Assembly (NCBI GenBank): GCA_965277285.1
Contig: OZ255721.1
Span: 1,024,001 to 1,088,000 of the forward strand
Origin: Abditibacteriaceae bacterium
GTDB taxonomy: Bacteria; Armatimonadota; Abditibacteriia; Abditibacteriales; Abditibacteriaceae
Length of the DNA stretch: 64,000 nt
Direction of reading: 5' to 3'
The notes under the pieces are model-generated. The model searched no databases. It was not told where the DNA came from and saw only the letters and a program-made list of their open reading frames with translations. The position numbers were made by a program, and so were the translations under genes. Positions 30,644-40,406 of this stretch are shown here, in pieces. Numbering within the stretch: position 1 is the stretch's first letter; every line of letters starts with the position of its first letter.

Positions 30644-31717
30644 TCAGCGTGCGCCCAGCGACAAATTATCGCGATGAACGGCTTCAGGCGCTTTGTCTTC
30701 GCCCAGAATAACGCCGACTTGCGACGAGTGCGCGCCCGCGATGCGCCGCATTTCATCCGCAGAAAAGTTCGTCAGACCGCGCCCGACTTCGCCCAGAGCA
30801 TCACGCAATTCCACTAAATCGCCAGCCTGAAAATCGCCTTCAACGGCGGCAATGCCAATTGGCAACAAGGACGAACCTTTTTCATGCAAAGCGTTTCTGG
30901 CGCGGTCATTGAGTTGAATGACGCCCTGCGGCTTTTGTCCCGCAGCGATCCACGTCTTGCGCGCGCGTGGCGCATTTGCCGCCAGAAAACGCGTGCCAAT
31001 TTCTTCACCGTTCGCCACGCGCAGCAGAACGTTTTCTGCGCGTCCGTGCGCGATCACGAGCTCGATTCCTGCGCCGTTGGCGATGCGCGCGGCCTCGATT
31101 TTGGTGCGCATTCCGCCGGTTCCGCCAACGCTGCCCGCCCCGCCCGCTGCGGCTTCGATTTGCGGCGTGATGGCTTCGATGGTCGCCAGTGGAGTACTCG
31201 AATCGGGCAAATAAAAGCCATCTACATCAGATAGCAACAACACGAGTTGCGCTTCAGCCACCAAAGCCGACAAAGCCGCCAGCGTGTCGTTGTCGCCGAA
31301 GCGAATTTCTTCAGTCGAAACCGTATCGTTTTCGTTGATAATCGGCACCACGTTCCAGCGAAAAAGTTGCGACATCGTATGGCGCGCATTGAGGAAACGC
31401 CGTCGGTCGCCGATGTCCGAACGCGTCAGCAGCAATTGCGCGACGTGCAAATCGTGTTCGGCAAAAGCGCGGCGATAAGAACGCATCAGCAGGCTTTGAC
31501 CAATGGCGGCGGCGGCTTGTTTTTCTGAGAGGCGCACCGCGCGAGAACGACCAATCGTGTCCAAACCCACACGAATCGCGCCGCTGGTCACAATGACAAC
31601 GCGCCACGAATCGCGCAACGCGTGAACTTGTCGCGCCAACTCGCTCAAGAACGCGTCGTCGACCGCTCCTTTACGCGCCAGAGTACTCGTGCCAATTTTG
31701 ACGACCAGTGTTTTCAT
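30644..31717 (-). CDS. proB: glutamate 5-kinase
   Basis: VVKIGTS, PIINENDTV, FGDNDTL, GTGGMRTK, PUA domain. Confidence 0.95.
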   Translation of the reverse strand: MKTLVVKIGTSTLARKGAVDDAFLSELARQVHALRDSWRVVIVTSGAIRVGLDTIGRSRAVRLSEKQAAAAIGQSLLMRSYRRAFAEHDLHVAQLLLTRSDIGDRRRFLNARHTMSQLFRWNVVPIINENDTVSTEEIRFGDNDTLAALSALVAEAQLVLLLSDVDGFYLPDSSTPLATIEAITPQIEAAAGGAGSVGGTGGMRTKIEAARIANGAGIELVIAHGRAENVLLRVANGEEIGTRFLAANAPRARKTWIAAGQKPQGVIQLNDRARNALHEKGSSLLPIGIAAVEGDFQAGDLVELRDALGEVGRGLTNFSADEMRRIAGAHSSQVGVILGEDKAPEAVHRDNLSLGAR

Positions 31718-31771
31718 GCGCCTTTTGCTTTTGCCTGATGTTGGCCAACTTGAATGAAGATAACGGATAAG

Positions 31772-32890
31772 TCACGCAATTTTTGGTTGCGCTGTGTTTT
31801 GCTCAATATCTCCTAAAAAGGACGCGGCGGCCTGCAAAACTTCTTCTGGTGGAATGCCACGCAGACAACGCGCCCCTTCAATATCGCACGGTGTTTCCGG
31901 CCCCGCGAGAGTACAGGGACAAGGGCGACGCAGCACGCGGTGATTAGGCGAAGACGGTTGCCAGACACGATCATCGGTCGGGCCGAACAAGCACACAATG
32001 TCCGTTCCCGTCGTCGAGACAACGTGCATTGGGCCGCTATCGTTGCCGATAAACAAGCGCGCTTGCGCCGCCAGCGCCGCCAATTCGCCAACCGAAAGCT
32101 GTCCCACAAAATTCACGATGGACGGCGACGCCAATTCGAGTACTCGTTCGGAAATGTCGCGCTCGCCTTCGGCGCCGATGACAACCAGCGGAAAGCCATA
32201 GCGCGCTGTCAATTCGTCGGCGAGTTTGGCCCAATGTTCGACAGGCCAACGTTTGCGCGGCGCGCGCGCGCCCGGATGCAACAAAATAAACTTTTGAGGT
32301 TGCAGACCGTTTTGCTGCATCAATTCGCTGACGCGTTGTTTTTCTTCGTCGCGCGGCGGCAACACCAGATCGCGCGTCAAAACTGGAAGTTCCAGCACGT
32401 CAACCAAAGGTTGCAGATAATGGTCAACGCAGTGCATGCCGTCCATTTCACCATCGCGCATCGGGTAAGTATAAAACCGCGTGTTCCACTGCGCGCCTTC
32501 CTTAGGAATGTAACCAATGCGCACCGGAGCGTTCGTCACGCGCGTGAAAAAACTGGACGTGCGACCTTTGGCCAAATCAATGACCAGATCGAAGTGGCTT
32601 TCGCGCAGTTTCTTGATCATTTCAACCCAGGCTTTGCGCCGCACGCGGAGATTTTTGGTGCGCGTTTCGCGGCGCGGAAAGGTCATCACTTCATCGACAT
32701 CGGGATGATAGCGCAACACATCGGCATAAACGTCATCGACAAAAGCCACGATGCGCGCTTCGGGAAAGTGGCGTCGCAGATTGCTGAACAAAGGCGTCAT
32801 CACAACCATGTCGCCCATAAAACGAAAACGAATCACTAAAATCGTCTTTACCGGACGCTTTTTGAGACGAGAAAGAACAGAATTATTCAT
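31772..32890 (-). CDS. glycosyltransferase family 9 (heptosyltransferase-like)
   Basis: MGDMVV, HPGA...KRWP, GNDSGPMH, LFGPT. Confidence 0.88.
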   Translation of the reverse strand: MNNSVLSRLKKRPVKTILVIRFRFMGDMVVMTPLFSNLRRHFPEARIVAFVDDVYADVLRYHPDVDEVMTFPRRETRTKNLRVRRKAWVEMIKKLRESHFDLVIDLAKGRTSSFFTRVTNAPVRIGYIPKEGAQWNTRFYTYPMRDGEMDGMHCVDHYLQPLVDVLELPVLTRDLVLPPRDEEKQRVSELMQQNGLQPQKFILLHPGARAPRKRWPVEHWAKLADELTARYGFPLVVIGAEGERDISERVLELASPSIVNFVGQLSVGELAALAAQARLFIGNDSGPMHVVSTTGTDIVCLFGPTDDRVWQPSSPNHRVLRRPCPCTLAGPETPCDIEGARCLRGIPPEEVLQAAASFLGDIEQNTAQPKIA

Positions 32891-33043
32891 AATGACAAGA
32901 AAGGACGCACCACCAAACAACGCGGCGCTCTGCAATTATAAGACTTTATCGGTCTGCCTTCATTTGAAAAACGCCTCGAAGAACCGATTCGGCATTTCCA
33001 ACAGTTCGTTTTCTTCATTGAGTACTCGATTCGACAAATTTCT

Positions 33044-33598
33044 TCATTCGCCGTGATGCGGCAATGGTTCCAGCGTCAAACCCGCAGCAGTGTAGATGCG
33101 ATTAAAAGTTTCTTGCGGCCTTTGGTTGATCCGCGCGGTTTCATATTCTTTGCCATCCACAAAAGCCTTCGATTGCGAACATTGAAAACAGATTAGCAAA
33201 TCCACTGTGACGCCGTTTTTCTCTGCTCGAATTCCGTGTCGCGGATCAAAACACGCCGCACGCATCGTTTCCGGCCCGACCGCAATGCCATCGTAGTAGG
33301 CTTTTCTCAGTTCGTTCATCGCTTTGGCGTCGTTGATTTCAGTCTGACCCAAAATATAAAAACCGTGAAACTGTTGAGGTTCAGATTGAACTGTCGGCCA
33401 GCCAAGCGGCCTTAGCGAATACAAAGTGAATTTATCGGCGCCGTCGAAAACTGTTTGCGCCTTGTCCGGCAAAGCCTCGCTGATTTGTTCGGCTGTTGGC
33501 GTTCTCAATTGCACATCACGCCAGCGATGGAAACCGGTCGAAGCCGTGCAAAACACCACAACGGCAACGACACAAAACAGCAGCGGTTTCTTTTTCAT
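33044..33598 (-). CDS. hypothetical exported protein
   Basis: N-terminal TM; CFDPRHGI...DLLICFQC motif. Confidence 0.6.
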   Translation of the reverse strand: MKKKPLLFCVVAVVVFCTASTGFHRWRDVQLRTPTAEQISEALPDKAQTVFDGADKFTLYSLRPLGWPTVQSEPQQFHGFYILGQTEINDAKAMNELRKAYYDGIAVGPETMRAACFDPRHGIRAEKNGVTVDLLICFQCSQSKAFVDGKEYETARINQRPQETFNRIYTAAGLTLEPLPHHGE

Positions 33599-33639
33599 GT
33601 TTCCTTCGATTCGAGTACTCGATTGGCGCGAATGCCGTT

Positions 33640-33966
33640 TCAAGAACCGGATTTATGTGACGCAAGGTTGAACTTTTGAAGCAGCCATTCCATCACCGCG
33701 CGCTGATCGTCAATTGTCGCGCGACGCGCTTGTGAAAGCAGATGAAGGCGGTCAGGTTTGGGCGGCGCTGTGTTCTGCAAGCCTTCGTTGCATTCGTCGC
33801 ACAAAATCCAAAGCTGCGATTCATCGCCGTTTCGCACGCGCTCCCGCAGCACCACACGTCGTGCAGGTTGGGTTTCCCAAACGTCGTCGGCTGCCGCGAC
33901 ACACATCGCGCAAACGTCCAAAACCACAATGCCATTCTTCATCTCGAGTACTCGGTGCGACTTCAT
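33640..33966 (-). CDS. degenerate HNH-like zinc-finger protein
   Basis: CAMC and LCDECNEG followed by LLSQARRA..DDQ..V.EWL; no HNH catalytic His segment visible. Confidence 0.5.
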   Translation of the reverse strand: MKSHRVLEMKNGIVVLDVCAMCVAAADDVWETQPARRVVLRERVRNGDESQLWILCDECNEGLQNTAPPKPDRLHLLSQARRATIDDQRAVMEWLLQKFNLASHKSGS

Positions 33967-34373
33967 TTGACACCGCGATAAACGCCATCGCCATCTGTGT
34001 GGTAAATCAACTCCGAAAAATCAATGTTCGCTATGAAAAGATTGCAAACGATTGGGTGAATTTCGTTCGGAATTGCGCGAAAAGTGCGACCTCGTTCTTC
34101 TTCCAAATCGACAACGAGCAGCAGGTTTTCCGGCGTCGAAAATGTCGCTTGGTCAGCCAGAACGACTGCCGATTGATCTTCATTGGCCGGAACGAGCGAC
34201 ATTATCTGTTCGACCGAAGCATTCGAGTACTCGATGTCATTCACATATTCCAACGGCGTTGAGTCGCCCCAACTTTTGATGGTTTCGCAAACGCTTTCCC
34301 ATGCGTTGTTATCTGAAAAATCAGTGCGCACCAAAAGAGTTGCAAGCGTTTCCGGCAAAGGTTTCAAAGCCAT
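33963..34373 (-). CDS. DUF6924-like protein (paralog 1)
   Basis: LVRTDFSD..AW, LLVVDL, NL.IAN.DF, DGVYRG. Confidence 0.7.
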   Translation of the reverse strand: MALKPLPETLATLLVRTDFSDNNAWESVCETIKSWGDSTPLEYVNDIEYSNASVEQIMSLVPANEDQSAVVLADQATFSTPENLLLVVDLEEERGRTFRAIPNEIHPIVCNLFIANIDFSELIYHTDGDGVYRGVK

Positions 34374-34414
34374 TTAATTTCCTCATCATTCATCCTCGTA
34401 GCCCAAGTCAATCT

Positions 34415-34819
34415 TCAATTGAAACCACGATAAATACCATCGTCATCTACCGTATCGGCGAATTCAAAATAATCCATATTTGAGATGTGTAGGTTGGCCG
34501 CAATATGCGGCACCTCAGTGACAATCGACCGAAAAACACGGCCTGGCTCGTCGAATAAATCGACGAGAAGCAACGTAATTTCAGCCGAAGAAACCGTTGT
34601 CTTATCGAAAAAAACGGCGAACGTGTGGTCGTAGTTTTCGGGGACAATTTTTACAAGCTCGTCGGCTGTAAGGTTCGAGTACTCAATATCGTTTATAAAC
34701 TCCAAAGGCGCATATTCCAATTCGTCTTGCAGAGTTTGAACGACGTTTTTCCAAAACGCGTCATCAGAAAAATCGGTTCTTATCACGAGCGGAAATTCTG
34801 TTTCTGGAAGTTGTTTCAT
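34415..34819 (-). CDS. DUF6924-like protein (paralog 2)
   Basis: VIRTDFSDD, LLLVDL, ANLHISNMDY, DGIYRGF. Confidence 0.7.
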   Translation of the reverse strand: MKQLPETEFPLVIRTDFSDDAFWKNVVQTLQDELEYAPLEFINDIEYSNLTADELVKIVPENYDHTFAVFFDKTTVSSAEITLLLVDLFDEPGRVFRSIVTEVPHIAANLHISNMDYFEFADTVDDDGIYRGFN

Positions 34820-34832
34820 CGACCCCCCACAT

Positions 34833-36146
34833 TCATTCGTCCTCGAAGCCAAAGGCGATGTTGCCGACGTGAACCAGGTCGCCGTGTTTGACACCGGAAG
34901 TACGCAACTGCTCCAGAACACCGTTTTTCTCAAACAAGCGATGCAGATACATCACGGCGTCGTGGTTTTCGGTATCGAAACGTTCCAGCGAACGTTCCAG
35001 CAAACCGCCGCTCGCTTCCCATTCGCTCATGCCATTCGCGTAGCGCGCGATTTCGGTCACCACAAACGGCTTGTCCGGCTGCACGCGCGTCACTTTCGTC
35101 ACTTCGGGAACTTCGACAACAGGCTGAGCCGCGCGCGCTTCTTTCACCAATTCGAGTACTCGATACAACATCGGCTGCACATTGTCGCCCGTCGCGGCGC
35201 TGATTTCATAAACATCGCAGCCGCGATTTTGAAGTTTTTCTTTGAATGCCGCGACTTTTTCCAACGCGTCTTCGTCGCCCGCCAGCGCATCCAATTTGTT
35301 GATGGCGACGATTTGCGGACGCTCGACCAGTTCGCGTTGCCACAATTTCAATTCGCGGTTGATGCTCGCCCAGTTGCGCCACAAACTGCCGCCCAGTTGC
35401 GCTTGGGTCGCGTCCACCAGATGAACGAAAACCGGCGCGCGCTCGATGTGCTTCAAAAACTGATGTCCCAAACCGGCGCCTTTGTGCGCGCCGCGAATCA
35501 GGCCGGGAATGTCGCCCGCGATGAACTGGTTTTCCGCGTCCATGCGCACCGCGCCCAAGTTCGGCACCAGCGTCGTAAACGGATAATCGGCGATTTTGGG
35601 GCGCGCCGCGGAAATGCGCGAAATGAGAGTGCTTTTGCCGGCGTTTGGCAAACCGATCAAGGCGACATCGGCGAGGATTTTGAGCGACAATTTCAGCTTG
35701 CGCTCGACGCCTTTTTGCCCTTTTTCAGCAAAGCGCGGCGATTGTCGAGTACTCGTAACAAAGCGCGGATTGCCCAAACCGCCGCGTCCGCCTTGCGCGA
35801 CCACAAAAGTTTGGTCGGGCGCGATGAGGTCAACCAAGAGTTCGCCCGTTTCGACATCGAAAACCTGCGTGCCGATGGGAACGTTGAGCGTGATGCTTTC
35901 GCCGTCTTCGCCTTTTTTGCGCCCGCCTTCGCCATGTCGCCCTTTGACGCCTTTGTGGTGCCGCTTGCGCGATAAATCCAAAAGCGTTTTTACATGCGGA
36001 TGCGCTTTCAAAGTCACGCTGCCACCATCGCCGCCGTCGCCGCCCGCCGGGCCGCCGAAGGGTTCATATTTCTCGCGGCGAAACGCCACAATGCCATCGC
36101 CGCCGTCGCCGCCCTTCACTTCAATCGTCGCTTCATCAATAAACAT
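34833..36146 (-). CDS. obg: GTPase Obg/CgtA
   Basis: Gly-rich Obg fold, GLPNAGKST, YPFTT, DIPG, NKLD, C-terminal domain. Confidence 0.96.
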   Translation of the reverse strand: MFIDEATIEVKGGDGGDGIVAFRREKYEPFGGPAGGDGGDGGSVTLKAHPHVKTLLDLSRKRHHKGVKGRHGEGGRKKGEDGESITLNVPIGTQVFDVETGELLVDLIAPDQTFVVAQGGRGGLGNPRFVTSTRQSPRFAEKGQKGVERKLKLSLKILADVALIGLPNAGKSTLISRISAARPKIADYPFTTLVPNLGAVRMDAENQFIAGDIPGLIRGAHKGAGLGHQFLKHIERAPVFVHLVDATQAQLGGSLWRNWASINRELKLWQRELVERPQIVAINKLDALAGDEDALEKVAAFKEKLQNRGCDVYEISAATGDNVQPMLYRVLELVKEARAAQPVVEVPEVTKVTRVQPDKPFVVTEIARYANGMSEWEASGGLLERSLERFDTENHDAVMYLHRLFEKNGVLEQLRTSGVKHGDLVHVGNIAFGFEDE

Positions 36147-36200
36147 AAGGCGATAAGTTTACCGCAGAGACGCGAAGGCGCAGAGAATCGAGTACTCAAT

Positions 36201-36286
36201 AACGAACCCTGAGCGTAAGCGACGGGTGAAAACTACCAGTTACATCAAATTGTTAGTTCACCCGTCGCTTACGCTCAGGGTTCGTT
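36201..36286. repeat. REP-like inverted repeat, family A
   Basis: AACGAACCCTGAGCGTAAGCGACGGGTGAA arms. Confidence 0.8.
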
Positions 36287-36300
36287 GTCGTGTATGCGAT

Positions 36301-38751
36301 TTACGGTGTCGAAAGCATGGCGTTAATCAGTAGCGCGAAGCACAAAAATCCCAAGGCGAACAGCACGACCGAGCGCGCGCTTTTGTTTCCAATCGCTGAC
36401 AGCGCGCGGCTCAAGCCCCACAACAAACCGCCAACGGCGCCAGCGCACGACCACGCAATTGGCGCCGAGTTTTGCGCCTCGCCCAAAAAGCGCCGCAATG
36501 GAAACAGCAGCCAATCGCCGGGCAGCCAGAAGCCCCAATGTCCCGCCCACGCCAATATCCAGCCGAAACCCAGGCCCGCGAACAAACACAGAAATGGCAA
36601 TAGCGCACGATACATCGGGTCAACGCGCGCATCGTCCTGAAAACGCCAGCCAATCGCCAAGCCCAAAGTCGCGCCGACAAATAGCGGCGCCAGGCCGCGA
36701 ATCGCATACGGATAAGCGCCCGCTTGCGGCGTCCACAACCATTGCACGGCGCGATTAGGGTCTATCATCGCGTAGCCCAAACGCGCCAGCAAAAACACAA
36801 TCGAGTACTGGAAAGCCATGCCCAACGTCAATGCGAGCCAGCGTCGCGGCGGCAGAGCGATGCGATACGTCACGGGAACGCGCAAGCGCCCGCCGTTGGT
36901 GTCCAGAAACAAAGCGCCCGCATACGAACGCGCAATTGTGTTCGGTCGGTCGGCGTAAACCGTGACTTCAAACGGTTCTTCGCCGTGAAAGCGTTCGGGC
37001 ACTTCGGCGTCCGGCAGTTCGGCGGCGTGAATCGCGCCGCGCGGCATGCCTCCGCCACGAACGCCGCCAGGTTGCAAACATCGCACGACCAGGCGTTGCG
37101 CGACGCGCGTGCCTAATATCACCGTGCCGAAATTCACGGCTTGCGGAATGACGTGCAGCGGCAGCGGTTCAACCGTGTAAGAAATCGGCACGCGGACTGT
37201 TTCGTTTTCGCTTTCAAAAAGCAACGTCCCGCTTTGTCCGCCCAGCGGAATCTGCGACGCATCCAGCGCGATTTCAATTGACGCCTCGTTGCCTTCCCAT
37301 TCCAAAGGAAAAGTCAGGCCCGGCAATTCGTTTCCGATGTTGAGCAATGGATCAACGCCATCTTGCGCCGTTTCTTCAATCAGGATTTTGCCCCACTGAA
37401 AACCGGCGCCGACGTTGCGCACGCGAACCGTCACGCTTTTCTGTCCGCCGCTGGGAACGCCGCCCAGAGCAATCGATGACGGCTCGATTTGCAGTTTCGG
37501 CAAAATATCGGGCGTGCGCGTCGTGTAAAGCGAGCGCCGAAACAATTCCATCGCGCGCTGCGGATGAGTCGAAAAGCGCACCACGACTTTTTCCGCGACC
37601 GTCGCCGGAGCCGCGAAACCGTTTTGTCGCAGCCAGTCGGCGAACATTCCGTTCCACAAATAATTTAGCGATTCCTTGGGATGCGTTTCCACCGCGCGCA
37701 CCAAATCGTTCAAATTGCGCGCGCGAAAACCATCGGCAAACGTGAAAGGCGGCAGGTTTCGAGTACTCGATTCGTGTTTGCGCAGTTCATTCAAATCGCT
37801 CAGCATCGCTTCGACGTTCTCATAACGATCCGCTTTTTTCGTCGCCGTCGCGGTTTGCAAAATGCGCTCGGCTTCGCTTGAAAGGCGCGTGTTGAAAAAA
37901 CGCGGCGCGCGTTGCATCAGTTCGCGCAGATCGTTTTCGTCCTGCGGATCGCGCCCCGTCAACAAGCGCTTGAGCGTCATTCCCAGCGCGTAAATATCGG
38001 AACGCGCTTCGGGGTTTTGTTGTTCCTGCGCGTCCGGCGGCGCGTAGCCTGGTGTTCCGAAACGACCCGTTCCTGAAAGCCGCAGCGTTCCATAAGTGCC
38101 GCTTTCCTCGACTTTTTTGGTCAGGCCGAAGTCGAGCAGCATCGCCATGTTATCTTCGGCGCGAATTGTAACGTTGTCCGGCTTGATGTCGCGGTGAACC
38201 ACGCCCAAGCGATGGAGAGCGCGCAACGCCGACGCGATTTGCGCGATCCATTCGATGCAATCGGCTTCGGGCAAAGGCCGCCCGCGCTGTTTCGAGTACT
38301 CGACTGCCAACTCTTCCAACGTCGCGCCGTCGATGAAGTCCATCATTAAGTAATGGCGCTGCTCGATTTTGAGCAATTGCGCGCCATAATCTGGACACGA
38401 TTCCTGCTCTGAGAAATCGAGTCCACAGCGTGGGCAAACGTTCCACAGTCCGTCTTCCTGCTCGAAATAAGCGGCGGGAATGTGCGGATGCCGCAGCGTC
38501 GCCAGGTTGAGCGCTTCGCGCTTGAATAATTCGAGCGCGAGCGAACGTTCGTCTTTGCCAGTTGCGGGATCGTTCAAGACGTGCATTTCCTTGCACGCCA
38601 GAAAATTGCCGACGACACCATCGCGCACGCGATAAACCGAACCGAAGTTGCCGCCGCCCAGATGACTGAGCACTTCGTAGCGGCCTTTGATGATGTCGCC
38701 GCGACGATGCTGCAAAAACCCGATTTGTGCCAAAGGTATCATTGTGGACAT
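36301..38751 (-). CDS. Hanks-type Ser/Thr protein kinase with beta-sandwich and C-terminal TM domains
   Basis: LGGGNFG, HRDIKPDN, DFG, GTPGYAP, SDIYALG; CxxC insert. Confidence 0.88.
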   Translation of the reverse strand: MSTMIPLAQIGFLQHRRGDIIKGRYEVLSHLGGGNFGSVYRVRDGVVGNFLACKEMHVLNDPATGKDERSLALELFKREALNLATLRHPHIPAAYFEQEDGLWNVCPRCGLDFSEQESCPDYGAQLLKIEQRHYLMMDFIDGATLEELAVEYSKQRGRPLPEADCIEWIAQIASALRALHRLGVVHRDIKPDNVTIRAEDNMAMLLDFGLTKKVEESGTYGTLRLSGTGRFGTPGYAPPDAQEQQNPEARSDIYALGMTLKRLLTGRDPQDENDLRELMQRAPRFFNTRLSSEAERILQTATATKKADRYENVEAMLSDLNELRKHESSTRNLPPFTFADGFRARNLNDLVRAVETHPKESLNYLWNGMFADWLRQNGFAAPATVAEKVVVRFSTHPQRAMELFRRSLYTTRTPDILPKLQIEPSSIALGGVPSGGQKSVTVRVRNVGAGFQWGKILIEETAQDGVDPLLNIGNELPGLTFPLEWEGNEASIEIALDASQIPLGGQSGTLLFESENETVRVPISYTVEPLPLHVIPQAVNFGTVILGTRVAQRLVVRCLQPGGVRGGGMPRGAIHAAELPDAEVPERFHGEEPFEVTVYADRPNTIARSYAGALFLDTNGGRLRVPVTYRIALPPRRWLALTLGMAFQYSIVFLLARLGYAMIDPNRAVQWLWTPQAGAYPYAIRGLAPLFVGATLGLAIGWRFQDDARVDPMYRALLPFLCLFAGLGFGWILAWAGHWGFWLPGDWLLFPLRRFLGEAQNSAPIAWSCAGAVGGLLWGLSRALSAIGNKSARSVVLFALGFLCFALLINAMLSTP

Positions 38752-38778
38752 TGCAGTGAAGTTTAATAAAGTGGAATA

Positions 38779-38904
38779 GCCAGCGATTAAAATCGCGTCA
38801 GGGGAGCCTTCGGCTGACTGTCCGCCTGCGCGGACAAAGAATCTCGTGTCCGCGCAGGCGGACAGTCAGCCGAAGGCTCCCCTGACGCGATTTTAATCGC
38901 TGGC
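38779..38904. repeat. 126-bp perfect hairpin element (58-bp arms, 10-nt loop)
   Basis: 38779-38836 is the exact reverse complement of 38847-38904. Confidence 0.9.
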
Positions 38905-38960
38905 ATCGAGTACTCGATATTCCTCATTTCTGGCGCTCGCCACACGTTAAACTGCATCTT

Positions 38961-40406
38961 ATGAGCGATTCTTTTTCTCGTCCTTCGTCGTCCTATTCCC
39001 TCACTTTGCGCATTGAATATCCAAACCGCGTTGGCGTTTTAGGTCAGGTGACGAACGCTATCAGCGCAAGTGGCGGCGACATCGGTGCGATTGACATCGT
39101 CAACACCGAGCGCGATTTTGTGACGCGCGACATCACTTTTTCCGCGCGCGATTACGATCACGGGCGCGAAGTCACCGAAGCTGTGCGCGCCGTGCCCGAC
39201 GTGATTATTCTCAACGTGAGCGACCGAACGTTTTTGCTGCATCTGGGCGGAATGCTGGCAATCGCGCCCAAGGTTTCGGTCAAAACGCGCGACGATCTTT
39301 CGATGGCCTACACGCCAGGCGTCGCGCGCATTTCGCAATCCATCGTCGAGCATCCCGAAGACGCGTGGAACCTGACGATGAAGAAAAACTTTGTCGCGGT
39401 CATCACCGATGGCGGCGAAGTTTTGGGTTTGGGCGCCGCTGGCCCGACCGCTGCCCTGCCCGTGATGGAAGCCAAAGCCTTGCTCTTCAAGGAATTTGCG
39501 AACGTGGACGCGGTTCCTTTGTGCCTCGATGTCTCGAACGTGGACGAATTTGTGATCGCCGTCAAAGCCGTCGCGCCGACTTTTGGCGCCATTCATCTGG
39601 AAGACTTGGCAGCACCGCGCTGCTTCCAAATCGAGGCGCGCCTGGAAGAACTGCTCGACATTCCCGTGATGCACAACGATCAGCACGGAACCGCGATTGT
39701 CGTTTTGGCGGCGCTCATCAACGCCTGCAAACTGACCGAAAAAACTGCGGAAACTTTGCGCATCGTCATCAACGGCGCGGGCGCGGCGGGCATCGCCACT
39801 GCGCGACTTTTAACGACGTGGGGCGTGCGCGACATCGTCGTCTGCGACAGCAACGGCGCACTCTACGCGGGGCGCGAAGAAAGTGCGGATCGAGTACTCG
39901 ATGCGATGACCGATTACATCACGCGCACCACAAATCCGCGCGGCGCGCACGGCACTTTGCCCAAAGTTCTGGTGGGCGCCGATGTTTTTCTCGGTTTCGG
40001 AGGACGAACGATTCTAAGCCGCGACGACATTGCGCGCATGAACACGGACGCCGTTGTTTTTGCAATGGCGAATCCCGAACCGGAAATCGAGCCTTCGAGC
40101 ATCGAAGACATCGCGCGCGTGGTAGCCACGGGAAAAAGCGATTACGCCAATCAGATCAATAATATGCTGTGCTTTCCCGGTTTCTTTCGCGGCCTTTTGG
40201 ATGCCCACGCGCGCGGCATCAACGATGCCATGAAAATCGCCGCCGCGAACGCGATTGCGAATGTGATCGGCCACGATGAATTGCACGAAGACCTGCTGAT
40301 TCCCAGCGTTTTCGACCGCCGCGTCGTTCCCGCTGTGGCGCGCGCCGTCAAGAAAAGCGCCATCGAAAGCGGACTGGCGCGGCGTTTGACGGCGCACGCG
40401 CGATGA
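38961..40406 (+). CDS. NAD(P)-dependent malic enzyme with N-terminal ACT domain
   Basis: AYTPGVA, LEDL, DQHGTA, GAGAAG, ANPEPEI, NQINN. Confidence 0.9.
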   Translation: MSDSFSRPSSSYSLTLRIEYPNRVGVLGQVTNAISASGGDIGAIDIVNTERDFVTRDITFSARDYDHGREVTEAVRAVPDVIILNVSDRTFLLHLGGMLAIAPKVSVKTRDDLSMAYTPGVARISQSIVEHPEDAWNLTMKKNFVAVITDGGEVLGLGAAGPTAALPVMEAKALLFKEFANVDAVPLCLDVSNVDEFVIAVKAVAPTFGAIHLEDLAAPRCFQIEARLEELLDIPVMHNDQHGTAIVVLAALINACKLTEKTAETLRIVINGAGAAGIATARLLTTWGVRDIVVCDSNGALYAGREESADRVLDAMTDYITRTTNPRGAHGTLPKVLVGADVFLGFGGRTILSRDDIARMNTDAVVFAMANPEPEIEPSSIEDIARVVATGKSDYANQINNMLCFPGFFRGLLDAHARGINDAMKIAAANAIANVIGHDELHEDLLIPSVFDRRVVPAVARAVKKSAIESGLARRLTAHAR

